64,000 nt of DNA, from contig OZ037769.1 of assembly GCA_964035545.1 (NCBI GenBank), positions 5,499,929 through 5,563,928 on the forward strand, given 5' to 3'. Positions 10,809-24,103 of the stretch are shown piece after piece. Source of the stretch: Bugula neritina (lineage: Eukaryota; Animalia; Bryozoa). The translations under genes were made by a program, and so were the position numbers. Numbering within the stretch: the stretch's first letter is position 1; each line of letters opens with the position of its first letter. Below the pieces are notes generated by a model. It was given only the letters and a program-made list of their open reading frames with translations. It searched no databases and was not told the DNA's origin.

Positions 10809-13800
10809 TATATTATATAGCGTATCATATACGGCATATATTAAATGCAAGACATTATAATATTCAGCCGTTCATTAGTTGCAGAAAAGTGGACCCTCCC
10901 AGCTTTTGACGCAATGACTGTGTCAGCATTAGTTGTTCCTGTTGAAGATTTTTTTTGAAAAAGTAGATGGACCTATAATTTAAGTTACCTAGAAGGTAAC
11001 CTAGTAAGAAATTAGGCAATAATGATTGTACAGGAAAGAGAAAATAAGGTTCGAGTAGAACTGTGTAGTTTCCTTTATGCTTTGAGTGAACTATTTTAAG
11101 ATTCTAGTGCCGTCACGGAGATCATGGAAAGAATCATTAGAAATCTGTATATTGCCAGTAGCAAAAGATAATTACTAACATTGCATACAATAATACCTAT
11201 ATTTCTCGTATTATGTTGCTAAGGCCTATGTTGTATTGCATGGAAGTCAATGTACACGAAGCAGTCTGATGATATTTCTATTATCAGCGTAATAGACAAA
11301 GGGCTCATGTCTAGTGAATAAAAAGCTTAGTTATTAATAATGGTTCTTTCTGTCTGCATCTTTTTATAGACTATAGAGCAATAACTGAAACGTCAACACG
11401 TTTAACATAATATGCTGCAGTTTCGACGTAAAATTTCAGTTGTAGAATTATGTATGAAATTTAAGGTTTATGCAGTCAGGTTATTATTGTGATCAAAACA
11501 CTGCCTGCTGCTGATGACATGCTAAAAATAAATGTTAATTATTTTTATAACTTCCTTTTGGATTGAAGAATATTACTTCAATGAATTACAAGTAACCGTT
11601 GTTACTTGAGAAGTACACAAATATATTATTATACTACAGTGAAAAATCTAATGCATAATTTTTCGAAAGTCATTATCAATTTTAACATTTTCTCATCGCC
11701 AAGAAATTTAAGATTGTGACTTAGTAGTTATCAGTTATTGCAATACATTATGACATCAGGTTTTATTTCGTGTAGGACATGTAATCGACTTTAATGGTAC
11801 AAAGCAAGTCAAAACATAACATACATCAAAGACACCTCTATGTAGCTAAAATTTTTCATTAATAGCTCACATAGTATAGCTATAGTACTACGATACAACT
11901 ATACCATAGCTATCAGTTATCATTTTAAAGTTTAAATTTTTTAAAAGATATATGTAAATTTTGTAGCCTACTGAAGCCAAGGAAATCTTTCTTTTGAGCT
12001 GTTTCATGCTTTATAAAGTTTCTCACAGGGGTTTGGCGTTCAACAACTAATTAACTACGAATAAAACTGTAACATCTGCTAGTTTATAAAATATAGGTAA
12101 ATTGTATTGATACACTATAATTTTATTATATAATTAGTGTAGTAATCAGTATAATATTTTATGTTTTAGGATTACTGGAGAGAATTTGTATCAACACTTG
12201 TTAGAAAGGGTTGTCTTCCCAATAACTCTGAAAATAGTAGACATCTTTGCATATGAAATTCATTGAGGTATGGAGAAAATGTTCATATAATGTGTATGCA
12301 ACTTTTGTATTGTGCAAAACTTTTCACTGCGTTTTAATTCAATCTAGTATATAAAACATTATAATTTATAAATTGATAAAAAATAGTCATGCTGTAACTT
12401 TATAGATTAAAATTAAAATTAGTAAATTTATTAATTAACCTATTCAGCTAATTTGCCAAACATTCAATAGATGAAACTGAGATCTGTTTTAATTGTCTAA
12501 CTTTTAATTGAATTATTAACAAACAGCTCATGGCCCCAAAAAAAACAGTGCAAAAATTTGAAATTTTAAAATAATATTTCTAATTTCAATTCAATGTTCT
12601 CTCATCTCTTACAGTTGCCTTCTCGTATTTACTAGTGCTGTATATAACATGTGTTGTATACTAAGTGTATTGTGTCTATGAAAGCACTATATCCTAGCAT
12701 TTTTCTCATTCTTCAATCTGCACCCCCCATCACTTTGCACAGCTTCTATACTCGCATCTAATCATCTTAAATCATACTGTTTTGATAATCAATGCGATTA
12801 CCAAATTGAGTGAGACAACCTCACTGATTGACCAGAACAATATTTTGATAGCAAATTATGTACCCGGCTCCTTTTGGCCCCTTGACATTTCAGGTATGCA
12901 AGTCTAAGCTCAAGTAGCTCTCGTACTTTGTCTTGAAGACACAGCAGCAAAACTACATAGCCTGTCAGTAGAATCTCTGACTTGTACAATAATTAATACT
13001 GTGTGCAGAGCTTAGTGATCTAAACCTAACACTAGCTGATGATGTGGGTTGCTTGCTAAGCTATAAATATAATTAGTTACTGCTCATCAATTGGATCAAG
13101 CAAATAATTAGTATTGTCTTACACAAGTTACCTATACTAATGTTGAGTAGTATACATTATACATTCAACTTGCACGGCAAACTACATAAAGTAATTTCCT
13201 GAGTAAACCATATTGTGCTTTTATCAATACTAAATGTTTATAGTGGTACAACTAAAATCAATCTGCAATAATTATTATGGGAAACAATAGTTAGGGTCTA
13301 TCTAAAGATGTGGGTGTGTCTATGACTTATAACCCTTCAATTCCCAATGTCAATCAACATTCAGATTAACCTTATAAATGATATCTACTTTTATGCTTTA
13401 GCTAGCTATTTCCAGTCAATACAGTTGTCATAGATTAATGTGATTTGCTTTTAATATATAAATAAGTTTTTTATCTGTTTGTGTAGGCAATGCACATTGA
13501 ATAATAATTAATAACAGTCTACTAACCCAAATCATATTAACATCTTTCAGTTATTCTAAATGATAGGAATTACTTGTTGAGTTATAAAAATAGCTCTAGT
13601 AAAGAAATCATAAGATTTCTAAGAGATCCAGGTTGTAATTTATTTTTATTGCAGGTAATCCTCATTATAAATCGTACAAGCTATGCACATGGCGGTTTGT
13701 GTTACATCAAGAGTTGTCTCCCAACATGATGACTGTAGACAACTCCTCTGCACAGCATTAAGGTTTCTTTTTGCAAAATATCAAATTTGGGCTCATCAAA

Positions 13801-15531
13801 CGAATTTCTGCATGCATCATGCCACATTTTTGGAGTTATCTTCCTCAACTAGTTGATCATGAACCACAATTTTCCTTAACTTATCTAAAAATTTAAACAG
13901 GCTTTCTGTAGCATACTAAAATTACTATTGAAATACATATATAATAAAAAATATATAATTAAGGGATATTATAAAACAATGGAAGCTTAAATGCAAAATA
14001 ATGTTTCAAATTTTTAACGTAGATAAAAGCTAGGCATGTATAATTTGTTAAAACAGTATAGGAAGCTAGCAGCTGAAGAAATTATACAAATATACATAAT
14101 ACTTACTTGCTGTATCTTGGCAGTAAGAGCTGACAGTTGAATGGAGAAAGGGTCAGTTTATAGACTAGTAGTTCTATAGTTGGAATCTTATTACATTTAA
14201 TTATTAGCACATTATATTAAACAAATTCAAGTATTATAGAAAAATGGGCTTGCCTTTAGCATAAGGTAAACTTGTAAGTTTTTGAGTCAAAAACTGCACA
14301 CAGTGCATCACATCTCTTACTTGGATCACAATGGATCTGGGTAAACATGCGTACTTTATGAAAGGATAACTCCTAATTATGGCCAACCAGCCCATAAAAT
14401 TGTTTTTAGCACATTCCAGCTGGTTTTGTTGTAGTAAGTGAATAGATTATTTAGCTTACTAGCGATTGACTTTTTATTCCAAGGGAAACCTGCAAAAATA
14501 TCTTAAAAAGATCAATTTAACATAAGTTCTATAATATTTTTTAAGTTTTTATAATCAACAGGTTGATTTGTACTATAATTAAACTATAAGTTCCACCTTC
14601 TTGTACAGGAGATACATAATAGGAATAGTATGAGCAATTGAAATTTAAACTATAACAAGTAACTCTATAACACTAGTTAAACTGGCCAACCAAAACAAAA
14701 GACACAAAAAACAGCCTTGTGTAAAACAATTTTTATGATAAGATAACTCCATACTGCTTACTCATTTTGGTCAACAGTTATGCACATGTTAAATCCTTAA
14801 CTTGGAATTCAGAGAAAGCATGAGGAGGATTGCCTGGTTGAGAGACTGTCTTAACAAGTCTTCCAGCTGCAACATTTGCCTTATTCACTCACCATAATAT
14901 CCTTGTTGTCCGTAATCTCCCTAATTCTAAATAAAATGCTGCCACCTAAATGTTATATGCTGTCGTTGTTTAGCTTGGATACTATAAGCTGTAGTTGTCT
15001 AACGTTTTCTACACTCTTTTTTTAAATTAATGTAGGCAAAGCTACATGCCTTCCCTTGATAAAATGAATTACAGAAATATATAATTAAATATTTGACATC
15101 ACAAGAATGCAAAGTATTACAAGCTGAAGTGACATTTTTCGACACATGGCCATATACTTAATAATATTGTTTGGAATATATTTCGAGTGGCTTGTTATAG
15201 AATAGCTCAAAGCATGAGGTAAGTTTTAGACTACAGGCTATATTAACAGTGTGTTTTAATTGGAGTTGTGTGCAATTTTAGCTGCTTCAGAAATTGCCTA
15301 GGTTCAACAATTATTAGTAGATTAAAGATACGTCACACAATTGATCTCGAAAGCCAAACCTGAACTTTTGAATAGTACAATGACAGGTTTTGGGTGATGT
15401 AAAATCTGCCAAAGCAAACTATGCTACTGTATATAATAATACTGTACCTGTAACTGTTTCCAATAAGAAACTGCAACCTTCACGTGGTACATTGCCAAAA
15501 TAGGTTAGGTATTCTGCAAATCAAGGCACAT

Positions 15532-15571
15532 TGCGTAGATTGCCAGTGCGTAGATTGCCAGTGCGTAGATT
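15532..15571 (+). repeat. 15-bp tandem repeat (TGCGTAGATTGCCAG x2.7) upstream of the HSD17B14 start
   Basis: Directly visible about 50 bp before the ATG at 15624. Confidence 0.85.
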
Positions 15572-15623
15572 AGTTAGTTTAAACCAGTTTCAGTATTTCC
15601 TTGTCCAGTAACACAGGTTGAAC

Positions 15624-18600
15624 ATGGATTCTGCTCAAAATCAGTGTGACCAGGGTCTGAGATATAAAGACAAGGTGGTGATAGTAACTGGGGGATCCAA
15701 AGGAATAGGGGAAGGTTGTGTGAGAGTTTTTGGTAAGTTGGCAAGACTACTTGGTGCATACAATGGCAGTGAATACAAACTTAGAGCCTTATAAGTGTAG
15801 ACTTAGCTGTCTTGGAACAGGAAAAACTGTCTGTTACTAAACAAGCTTGCTGTTCAAATCCAAATGCTTAACTGGCAAAGCAATATATAATTAATAGTAA
15901 ATTTGTTGTAGAGGAAATATAGTAAATATAATGTAATACAATTACTATATAATATTATATAGTCAATGTATGTTAAATCTATAAAGAATAACAATACTGT
16001 GTTTGTCTTTTGACAGTAAGACATGGTGCTAAAGTTGCTTTCTGCGCTCGGGGAGGTAAGCTGAATAGCCCTCTGATTATGTTTAGTCATTTTATGAAAT
16101 GCGACAAAATTTTATATTTGATAAAGCTGAATAGTTAAAATTGAACTTTAAAAGTTTTTTTTGTAAATTTGCAATAATTATGAAACTCTTCCGTGGTATA
16201 TTTTGTTACAAAAACTGCGCCAGATATTTTACAAGAATGTTTTTGCAACTAGATTAATAACCTTTGGTGTTACTAACAGAATAAAACTATATGTTACGCT
16301 GTTTGCTTGTATACAGTCTCCGATGGACAACGATTAGAAGCTGAGGTGAACAAACTAGGGCCTGGTGAATCATTTTTTAAGTCTGTGGATTTATCGGATG
16401 AAGAGGCCATCAAGGTACGCAGTAGTTACCTTCTTAATGTTATAAACTTACCAAGTTGAAACTAAAAATGTTGGAAAAAGTGATCTCATTTAGGAGCAGT
16501 AGCAGAGAAATTGAGATAGCCTAAGCTCTTTAATTTCTTGTGAGAACATAACTAATTCTTTTGCTACATTACTAATCTAGAACACAGGTTTTTCTCAATT
16601 TCTCTATTACTGCACCTATAACTTCAATCCGTGATCTAACCTAGATTCTTCACCATGCAGACATCTTTTTCAAGTCAATGCACCTTCAAAAGTAAAAAAG
16701 AAGTTATGCTGCTCGAACTAAGGGTCAAAAGTGCAATGGTTAATGTCAGTAACATCAGCTGATTAGGTTGATCCTTTTCAAACTGATAACGGCAAGTAGC
16801 ATGACTATTGACCAGTCATACTGATTTAGTATCAATGCTTGCATTCGATAGACTCCATAAACTGGAGCAATATTTTCATATCTTCTAGAACCTATGTGGT
16901 CCATGAAACACAAAGTAACACTCTATATGAGAAAATCACAATTTTAGGTAAAAATGGCACAAGTAAAAATGGCACAGGTAAAAATCACAACACAAATAGC
17001 CATAATATTTAGCTATTTAGCTATTTAAGCTCAACTGGCTATTTGGGCTTGATACAGTTAACTTCCAGAAAGGACTTTCACTGCACAAAACTCTCAAGTA
17101 TTTGGAAACTAGATATATAAAATAAACTTTGAGATTGACATTGCCAAGATTCTTGGCTCAAGTTTTTATATTATTTAATAAGTAAATAATATAATGCACA
17201 AGAAATTGAAACTTACATCCCAGACTGATTGAGAACCCTAGATTTACAACTTTATAAAATGTTGCTAGGCAAACATATTTGAAAAATATGCAATCTATTT
17301 GTTAATCTCAGTGTTGCTATATATTAGCATGACACTAATTTAATATAAATGTTTATTTCAACAATATTGAATTACCCTATGATTTACTTCTGTACAGAAT
17401 ACACCTGAGTAAGGAGTGCCAAATGATCAAAACTTCCTTTATTATTGCATCTCATACGCTTATAATAAAGCATCTATAGCCATTATTCTCTCTCGTATGC
17501 TCACAAAACGCTCTCATAGGTCTATAATTTGCTCCCATACCCTCCATACCTAATTGCTTGTTTGAGTTACAATGCAATATCTTAAATCGCGTCATCATAT
17601 TTTAAAGTATCTCTGGTGTGTCATATTTATGCAGTATTAAATTATTCGCATAATTTCGATCATCAGCTAAATACATCTTTAGGGTAGTATGTCCAAATAT
17701 ATTGGTTTTATAATAAAATATTTTGTGCATGCGTGTCTTGAGTTAATTCAAGATGAGGGCTTACTTGCTGAAGATGTTTTTGTTTGGCCCAGTGTCCATG
17801 GCACTACAGAAGATGTTTCAGTTGCATATAATTGTGATTTAAGTAAGATTAATATTTAGTTCAGTTTAAAATAGGTAAAGCTTGAAGAATGCAATCTGAT
17901 TTATAGTTCAGAAACTGTGCATTTTGTTCTTACCACAAGTGCTAACAAAAATATGAAAGCCTTAAGACAGGTTTACAACATGTTCAAAATGTTAGCAACA
18001 CCAAACATTACATATTTGAGAATGTTTGAAAGTGACTTTGAAATAAAATAAGAGTTGAACCAGAGTTACACTAAAGGTAGAAAGCTGTTATATAAAGTAA
18101 TAAATCACAGCAGGTGCTGTACACAGCACACTTAATCAACCTACGCAATTATCACCAATATAGTGATAATTGTAGGTTGATGATGGTTTAAAGTTAATAT
18201 AAGTTACCATACTAACGCCTTACATTAATTCTTGGTTACTGTTAATTTTGCAGGAGTTTGTAAATGAAGTTGTTGAAAGATATTCTCGAATTGACTGTCT
18301 GATAAACAATGCTGGCCAACGTAAGTACACTTCTGTGTCCACTCCACATAACTGTATAGAAAGCATTATTTCCAAGTTTATTTATAATTAAATATTAAAC
18401 ATTTCTATCAAACACTTCACATAACCAGCTGAAGCTATAATTACTATACTGCATTGTTTGAAGTAATTTTCTCACTATAAGACACTAGCAGTAGTTGAAA
18501 TGTTTAGCTGAATGAGTCCTAGCGTGACTTCTGCAAATAATTGTAATATTTTAGTTCTTTGTATCAGCAGGCATAGAGTCTGCCCACTCTTTAACGAAAA

Positions 18601-21600
18601 GCCTGTGCTCTGCGTAAGCTGTTTCCTCGGCAACAAGACTTAGTTATTAGGTTCTAAGACTATGCAGTTGCAACAAAAAATTTTGTTTTAATTACAAACT
18701 TGACCTCTGGAAACAGCCTGTAAAATTTCTCTATTATTTTCTACTCATCAAGTCCACGATTTGGTTCCCACAAACCAGCATGCTGTATTTGAGTATGAGA
18801 ACAGCTGTGTTGGAACATATCACTAACGCTGATACATATAGAAGTTAGGACTAGATATATAGAATATGTATAGAGCATATAGAATACTGGAACATACTAA
18901 AACTTTATTAGCATTAATACATGCATATACTGATGCTAAAACACACTAAAATTCTAACTTGCTTTAACATACAAATAGATATTTATTATAGAACACATAT
19001 TTATAGATATTGTTGCAGATTTGGTGATCTTTTCATACCTTAACTATTTTATTTGCGTTGTTATTATAGTTAAACGCTTGGCGTAGTTTCTTTGTTCAGT
19101 TTTCGTTGTTGACTTATGTGAATCCGAATTCGGACATCTCGAAGTTTGGGGTATTCGATTCAGACCATCCGGTGCCTGAATACCATTTTCGGACGTCCGC
19201 TTCGGCCTGATATTCGGATGGAATATTCTAGATTTCTAGAGCACAAAAGAGCAAGCTCGCCAGCATAGATTTAGTCTACTGCTGGAGCTCGAGGAAACAC
19301 TACCTATATACAGACTATAATACTTTTTCTTGGAAGAACACCAATAGATATTTTACACCTAGAGTTGCCTTCTCTCATTTATTAACGGGGAGTTGTTTTC
19401 TAGTTAAAATTCTTACAAAACCCACAATTTATCATAATATTACCTTCTTTATACAGACCCTGCCCCCACTTTAATTGATGACATCACAGCCGAACATTTC
19501 ACTCAACTCTTCAACTTGAATGTTCTGAGTTATGTTCTCATGTCAAAGGTCAGTTTATTCAGCCAATTAGATTAGTTTTACCATATTGGCATTGCAGATT
19601 CTATATAGCTTGCAGACTAGGACATTTTTAATAAAGCTTTTGTATTACATTTTTTGTGATTTTAGCAATCAATTTTTCTTTGATATAAGTAAATATAATT
19701 TTCCTGTTTTATTAGAAACTGAGTATATGTATGATGGAAAAAAACTGTCGATGATGATATAATTGCAAACTTTCAACTTTTACATTAAAGGTTTTTATTA
19801 TTTGTGAAGTGTGACAATATTCGATAATTATTTAATGCATGTTATATTGTGTAATCTATTATTCATGCATGGTTTTACGTTATTTAGGCATTGATTAGCT
19901 TTCACTAAAGCCAGAATTTTTATAATTGTAAAAAGTGTGTGTTGCATTTTGTGTTATGTGTTGTGTTGTATGTGTTGCATTATGGCGTATTAACTAGTAC
20001 GATTGTGAATTTATTGAGTGAATACACCTCATAGCAATATACAGGTAACCCCCATACATATATATGGTGTCCATACTCTATAGAAAAACCTACAATTTAG
20101 TTTAAACATGACAGTAGCAGCTTTTTCGGCATCCTCAAGTGTCAATGTGTTTGTTCAAAAAAATATATTTCAAGTTGGAAAAGGGAAATGTATACAAAGT
20201 GATGGAAGTTATCATTTCCTAAACTTTGTGTAATTGTTTTAGTACTGCTTACCACATTTGCGTAAAGTCAAAGGAAACATTATCAACGACTCCAGTTTGG
20301 TTGGGAAGATCGGACAGCAGGCTGCCGTCCCGTACGTGACTACTAAAGGTGCTATCGATGCTATGAGCCGAGCCATGGCTATCGATGAAGCTGCCAATGG
20401 TGTAAGAGTTAACACGTGAGTCAGCATCCCATTCCTTGCAGCTTGACAGCGCTACTATGTAGATTGTAGACGATTGATTATAGTGATAAACATTTTACTA
20501 GTTACAAAGTTGTTTTCTTCTCAACACTCATGAGAAAACTGTTGACATTCCCATTAGACTCATAAACTTAAGGAATTTAATCTCCAACAAGAGCATATAC
20601 TATACTACATATTAAACACACCATGTTACAAACACTATACTGTATATTTTGTGTATATAAAGCGAGAATTAGCTTTAGCATCAAATAGAGTTCTATATAA
20701 ATAAAGTGTGTGCGAGTCTGTTTTAATTTAACAATTTTAAGCTCATGCTTCATACAATTTTGTTCCAAAATCGCCGGCAGTTTTTCTCCTGGCAATGTAT
20801 GGACACCAATGTGGGACAGTTTAGCAACTCTAGAAGGAGATGGTAGAGAGGACATGATTACTGGTGGAGAGAATGCTCAGGTACTCAGTTCTGTAGCTTT
20901 ATACTTGGCTGTACCTGTTGTTGAGTTGGAGACTGATGCCATCTTATTTATGTTAAATGTTAGGATAAAATTGGTAGAGTTGTAGTTGACAAGACTGTTA
21001 TATTTTACGTATGTAGAAGAAGACAAACAACGAGAAAAAGTATTGTGGGTAATATATTAAAGTATTCGTACAGAGAGAAGACAATTAATAATATGGTTAT
21101 TTGTTTGTTATAAATTTTTATTGTCACAACAGCGGAAGATTGTATCCTATCAACATTTGTTATCAGTATTTATAGACTTGACTGATGCTAAGTGTTAAGG
21201 AGCCTATAATTATGCTGATGATTTTAAAATCAAGTTAAATACTTTTGTTTTGTGTGTGTATGTGTATATGTGTGTGTGCGTGCATGCGTGCGCGCGTGTG
21301 TGCGTGCATGCGTGTGTGTGTGTGTGTTGTGTGTGTGTGTTGTGTGTGTATGTGTGTGTTGTGTGTCTGTGTGTGTGCGTGGGTGTGTATGTGTGTGTGC
21401 GTGTGTGTGTTATAGTATAATAAATGATTACGAGATGCTACAATATTTCCATGTGCAGTTGATTGGCCGAATGGGGACAATAGAAGAAGCTGGACTGCTC
21501 TGCTTGTTCCTAGCTGCAGACGCGACGTTCTGCACTGGAATAGACATCAATCTAAGTGGTGGTGCTGAGCTGGACTATGGAAATAAGAACAGAACTCTTT

Positions 21601-21623
21601 CAAAGTCCAGTGCATATCACTAG
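15624..21623 (+). CDS. HSD17B14: 17-beta-hydroxysteroid dehydrogenase 14 / L-fucose dehydrogenase-like SDR, 8 coding exons
   Basis: Exons 15624-15732, 16017-16055, 16317-16414, 18254-18320, 19457-19548, 20243-20415, 20781-20880 and 21459-21623; all GT-AG and in phase. Motifs [28 protein letters not shown] and [20 protein letters not shown]. Confidence 0.9.
16491..16618. mobile_element. MITE (family B)
   Basis: TIRs of about 26 bp: TAGGAGCAGTAGCAGAGAAATTGAGA / TCTCAATTTCTCTATTACTGCACCTA. Confidence 0.7.
21251..21410. repeat. Compound (TG)n microsatellite in the last HSD17B14 intron
   Basis: Directly visible. Confidence 0.95.
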
Positions 21624-23016
21624 TCATGCATAGTCAGAGTATGGAATAGCAACTCATGTCTGCCATTGTCTACCAGCCAGACTACGATTCATTAGAAGTG
21701 AGATTTCTAATAAAACATAAAACGAGTTTTTGAAAATCATTAGCTTTTTATTCTAGCTGTTGGCTTATTTTTGCAACCTATAACAGGTATATGTTTTTTC
21801 CAGAATAATATAACTTTTAGTGTGTATACATTCATTATTGTTTAAGTATCATATTAATATAATATATTATATGTAATATATAATACTACTGGTTATCTAC
21901 GGTACTTCTGTCTAATGGCTAATAATTATTTATTTCTTTTATCATGCAATGTAATGAACATTTTCAACGTGCTATGTAGATGGTTATATACATGCAATAT
22001 TATCCATGATCATAATATTAATTGAAGCAAACCAGTGCTAAGAAAACAGTTTAATGTTTTTAATATATTGTGTCATATCATATCATAATTCATAATTTAT
22101 ATATCATAATTCTAACAGATAATATTTGGGAACTAGTATTCTAGTATGCATTAGGCACATGATAATCTAAACGATAATTCACAAAAGTATGATCAACTTG
22201 CTCTGTTAAATTTTTTGCTGAATGTTTGTAGCATTTCAACCAATACACAATGTCTAAAATATGATTATAATTGTATAATATAATATTTAAGATTGTAAAA
22301 TTAGATGCTGTGCTGCAAAAATTATGTTTTTCTAATTGAAAAGGGAAGCCTGATTCCTATTACCTAAAGGATAAAGAATCTATGTTTTAGTGACTTCAAG
22401 AAAATTATTGCTTCCATCACTATAAGATAACATATATGTAGGCTATAGCATATATACACACAAAAGCTAAGTGGTTGAAAAATCTAGAAGCCATAACATA
22501 AAAATAACATCATATTGTTTGACAGATAGAAATTGCACCTTTATTTTTCTATGAAACAATGTTAATGATAGGCTGAACTATGCAATTTATAGACTTTGCA
22601 TATGTGATATACAAATAATGATGTTTTAATATGACTATAGTGTTCCATTAGTTGTATTTCGTGTTAGGATTTGTCTTCCTTCTTTTTATATTTAAATGGA
22701 TTAATCCTAGCCATAGAGCATTACTGACAGCCGCGCAACTTTTGTTTGTTATAAAGTATAAACCTTGAGCTCTAACTCATAAAGCTTTCTACCTTTATAT
22801 CCGTGTGTGTGTTTATCTTGCTACTTGCAGGAGGATTCAAAATGAACTGAGACTGAAGTTTCCCCAGCCCCCTTTTAGTTATTAAAATTTACATTTTCAT
22901 TGTGATTATATTATCTTTACGTCTACTCTGTTAACTGAAATAGATCTAATACTTGATTTTAATTAAAAGCAAACTGTAATAAAATATTTGATCAATGATG
23001 TTAGTGTTTTACTTAT

Positions 23017-23340
23017 TAAAACTAAAAGTAATACTAATACTAATAGTAATACTAATAGTAATAGTAATAGTATTCGGATGTTATATGCCATTTAAAGAAT
23101 CAAGAAATAAGTTACTTGCTCTAATTTAATTTTTAGTTTATTAGTAATAGTATTACTATTAGTATTACTAGTATTACTACTATTAGTATTAGTATTTTAT
23201 TTACTCATTACTGTATTAGTATTACTAATACTAGTAGTAGTAGTATTAGTATTACTACTAGTAGTAGTATTACTAGTAGTAGTGGTAGTGGTAGTATTAG
23301 TATTACTAGTGGTAGTGGCAGTAGTAGTAGTACTTACTTA
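23017..23340. repeat. Degenerate ACT/AGT-hexamer low-complexity tract upstream of PGAP3
   Basis: actaaa-agtaat-actaat-actaat-agtaat..., then agtatt-actatt... in the opposite orientation. Confidence 0.85.
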
Positions 23341-24103
23341 GCTGTTACATTTACTCTATACATTAGTGTTTAATGTTTTATTACAAAGTTTCACAAAATA
23401 GTTGAAACATAAATATCAATATGAATATCAATATGAATATGAAGTTCAACGTGAAAACAATTCATTTAATTATTGTTATAAAATGACTACTTATATTTAT
23501 ATTATAATTATAACTTAATTAATAAGTTTAATAATATCAAATAATAAATTTAATATAAGCATTATAATAATCAACGTTTTTACAATGACTAAGAGTAAGT
23601 ATATTATTATTTTATTAAAATTAGATATATCTAAATATTTCAGTCATAATTGTAGCCTATAACTGTAAGACTTTTACTGATGAATAAAGATATAAGTATT
23701 ACAATTATAATCACCTACCTCGTAAAAGCATAAATTTTATTTAATTTTATGCGATCAATTTTTTTTGTGGCACTATCCATACGTCCAGGTAGGCATTGGT
23801 ATTAAATGAGAATAGCACATCTGTTACTACATTCTTCTGTTATTGTTGTTTATGTATTTTTTTGTTTCCTAGCATAAATGCGAATGAAAAAGAAGATAGA
23901 GAAAATTTTTCAAAACACCATCCATGGTTGTTTCAGCATTTAAAATTAGGAAGGAAGACGTCTCTAGGCCGATTAAATTTGTTTGAAGTTGAAGATTAAA
24001 GTTAATGAGAAAAGTAAGTTTTTAGGAAGGTTTAATATTTAAAAATGTGGATTATTGTTTTCCAGCAGTTTTATGATTTACAGAGTTTTTGTTTTAATGT
24101 AGG

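Noticed and set aside
16938-16990. GTAAAAATGGCACA short repeats as a transposon end
   Set aside because: They resemble subterminal arrays of DNA transposons, but no matching opposite end or TSD was found.
21235-21480. His/Thr-rich and Cys/Val-rich ORFs
   Set aside because: Translations of the (TG)n microsatellite; only 21459-21623 is a real exon.
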